This document shows, in pieces, positions 61,095 through 64,000 of a DNA stretch of 64,000 nucleotides. Origin of the DNA: Eledone cirrhosa (Eukaryota); NCBI GenBank assembly GCA_964016885.1, contig OZ024741.1:389236001-389300000 (forward strand), written 5' to 3'. The notes under the pieces were generated by a model. The model searched no databases, had not been told where the DNA came from, and worked only from the letters and a program-made list of their open reading frames with translations. A program made the position numbers and the translations under genes. Each line of letters starts with the position of its first letter. Positions within the stretch are counted from its first letter, which is position 1.

Positions 61095-63110
61095 TTTATT
61101 TCATTTTATTTCATTTTCAGGGATAGAAATGAATATGTAACAGAAGAGACACCACAAAATGTATTGACTATATTGTCACCAGGAGAGATTTCACAGAGCA
61201 TTGAAGGTATCAGAAACATAACAGAGCACAACGGCAGGTTGACAATAGGGATGAGGGTACTTCTACTTATGAATACAAAGATCAGATAAAACAAACAAAA
61301 CAAGAAATTCTCAACGAAATTAGAAAAGTAAAAAGCATTAGTATGGGTGAAAGAGAGTCCTTACAAACATTGACAAGAAACAACTAGAACAAAAGACACA
61401 AGAACTGGAAATCAGGCTGTTAAAGCAATAATTGAAGAGGTGGAGTCTGATATATCAGAACAGAATTAGGTTATTTATGCAGCAGCAACAGTAATAGAGA
61501 TGAAATGTTGGTTAAGGAAAAAGCGAAAAGGACACAACACTCACAACACTCACCCTGGATAAAGAATTTGAAATGATGAGGGGAGAAATATCAATCCTAG
61601 ATGAAATCTGTGCTGGGAAATCAGTCAAGAGAAGGAAGGAAAGTGATTACGAAATACAAAGTAACTTCAAAACTAATACTCCACCAATCAAAGAAACCCA
61701 ATAAAAGAAAGTACAGCTGAAAGCTCAAAGAATCAGATTTGAAAAGCGAAATAGGTTTTGCAGACAAAATAAACTGTTTATGTCTGATGCTAAAAGGTTT
61801 TATAGAGAAATTGAGACACAGACAATTCAAGTAAAGGAACCTCCTTCAATTCATGAAATTGAAGAATTCTGGAAAACAATATGCAGTACAGAAAAACCTC
61901 ATAATGCGAATGCAGAATGGATAAAGAACATGGAAGAAACATACAATACTTTAGAAAGGCAAACTTGGCAAGACTGAGGCTATGGAAGAACTGGAGTTGG
62001 CACTAAAGAAAGCCAACAAATGGAAATTTCCTGGCATTGATAAAGTGCCAAACTTCTGGTTATCTTCTCTAACTTCTACTCATGATATATTGGTAAAATG
62101 TTATAATGAAATTATACACAACAGTGAGAAAAGTCATAATTGGTTTGCACAAAGTATACCATATTTCTTGCCCAAATGAACCGAAGCAAATGTCCTCCAA
62201 AATGATGGCCCAATCACTTGCCACCCACTTCAACCTTGACTGAGACAACCTACAAATTTATGGATGAAAATCATCTATTCTCTATTGAGCAGAAAGAATG
62301 TCGCCGTGGGTCTTACGGATGCAAAGACCAACTTCTCAACCGTATGATTCAGAAAAACTGTCATAAAAAGTATAGAAACCTGAGTACTGCTTGGATTGAC
62401 TATAAGAAAACATTTGACAGTGTTCCAAACTCATCGACTTTGCAAACTTTGGATGTTCTGAGAATTTCCCCAGTAATATCAAACTTCCTGAAATACAACA
62501 TGTCTATATGGATTACAAATCTATCACAAAACATAGGGAAAATAGTACAACCATCACACGGATACAGTAACAGAAGGCGAGAACGCAACAATCCTATGGG
62601 ATTTCCCTGTGAATACTGACAGAACAATCAAGGCCAACAGACCTGATAAAATTGTGAAAGACCATAAAAAGAAAACATGTATTTTAATTGACATGAGCAT
62701 TCCATCAGATCGTAACATCTCCTTCAAAGAGTTCGGAAATCTCAGGAAGTATAAATATCTATCAATTGAAATTGAGAAAATATGGCATCCTAAGGCCTGT
62801 ATAAAACCAATGATAGTTGATGTACTTGGAATGATAAAAAAGGGAACTGAAATATATTTGGACCAGATACCTGCAAAGTTATCTCTGCAAGAGATACAGA
62901 AAATAGTGCAGACTGGCTCTATCCATGTCCTGAGAAGGGTATTATCAATTTTAAAACTTTACAAAGACATTTACTGATGTTTGTACCCTTGTGACATCAT
63001 CTGTTTGACAATTGACTATAAAATGTGCGTATTATCAAATTTTACCCTAGGTGTCAGGTTGACACTCAGCATGGTTAAGTAAAGAAGTAGAGTTAAAAGG
63101 AAGTTTCAAA
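61095..63110 (+). pseudogene. Decayed R4/Dong-like non-LTR retrotransposon (RT plus restriction-like endonuclease), internally deleted
   Basis: KWKFPGIDKVPNFWL, EQKECRRGSYGCKDQL, AWIDYKKTFDSVP, then TDRTIKANRPD..IDMSIP..KYKYL..EIEKIW; ends at (TAA)n 63111-63120, the target type known for Dong. Left boundary approximate. Confidence 0.85.
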
Positions 63111-63120
63111 TAATAATAAT

Positions 63121-63310
63121 GGTTTCTGGTTTAGGCATAAGGCCAGCAGTTTGGGAGGAATGGGAAAGTCGATTATATCGATCCCAAAGCATTACTGGTA
63201 CTTTATTTTATCGACCCTGTAAGGGTGAAAGGCAAAGCTAACCTCAGCGGGATTTTAACTTTATGCTGCTAAGCATATTGTCCGACGCTCTACCGATTCT
63301 GCCAATCCAC
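63121..63310 (-). mobile_element. SINE family A copy
   Basis: CATTACTGGTACTTTATTTTATCGACCCTGTAAGGGTGAAAGGCAAAG matches 47244-47291. Confidence 0.8.
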
Positions 63311-63346
63311 AGTTAGAAGAAGAAGAGCCCCTAGTCAGCCTTATGA

Positions 63347-63533
63347 ATAATTGTTTCTACTTTTGGCAGAAGGCCAGCAATTACACCAGTACATTACTGG
63401 TGCTTTATTTTATCGACTCCGTAAGGATGAAATGCAAAGTTAACCTCGGCGGTATTTGAACTCAGACCGTAAAAGGGCGTAACTCCATGCTGCAAAGCAT
63501 GGCGTCGGACCCTCTACCGATAGTGCCAGCCAA
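63347..63533 (-). mobile_element. SINE family A copy, close relative of 47201-47389
   Basis: Collinear from TTGTTTCTACTTT to GCATGGCGTCGGACCCTCTACCGATA. Confidence 0.85.
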
Positions 63534-64000
63534 CCGAATAATACAAACTTGTCCGGGACCACGTGGTTTCTGAATGCCAGCCTGGTAAAATACTCTTCAA
63601 CTACCCTGTCAAAAATGATTCGACGATTATATATTATGCCCATGTGTACATTCTATTAAGAGTACTTTTTGTACATTAAAAACAATAAAAATGACCATTA
63701 GATTTAACGGACTTTTTACATTAACAGACACACTTTATCTATTAGTCTCTTAAATCTAGGATTTACTGCCTTGTGTATGTATGTGTGTGTCTTTTTATTT
63801 AATTGAAAAGATGTGTTCGTTTATCAGTAGAGATGGAAAAAAGTTTAAAATAAAGTTTTAAGTGGTATTATCACGAGTTCAAATCAAATATTTACATTTA
63901 CAGCCAGCGAGAAGAAAAGTTTGTAAGAAATAATTTGAACTGCAACCACATTGAGTCTTTCTCTCTCTGTCAGAGCATAACAGTTCAGTCTCTATTGAAC

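Overview
Eukaryotic repeat DNA; the SINE families look cephalopod (Octopus-like), which is my recollection and not a search result. No host gene is recognisable. Bases 1-46883 are about 1,020 tandem copies of a 46-bp unit that runs off the left edge. On the minus strand the unit reads TCTATATAATAAGAGCACTGTCTGTCTGTCCGTCGCCCTCGTCTAG, so each monomer starts with a Helitron-type 5' end (TC plus AT-rich) and ends in CTAG, with no terminal hairpin. The array is the tail of a minus-strand head-to-tail train of Helitron elements (46889-56012). The train includes a 7.5-kb formerly autonomous Helitron (47594-55067) encoding Ulp1-like protease + Zn finger + HUH Rep + Pif1 helicase, now broken by two frameshifts and a stop at the first catalytic Tyr. 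A type I hammerhead ribozyme fold starts 26 nt after the helicase stop, in the sense orientation, with G at the cleavage position. Longer elements that look like the satellite's progenitor lie just outside the Helitron 5' end. The rest (56-64 kb) is decayed SINEs and non-LTR retrotransposon fragments (CRE-like, L1/Tx1-like, R4/Dong-like).
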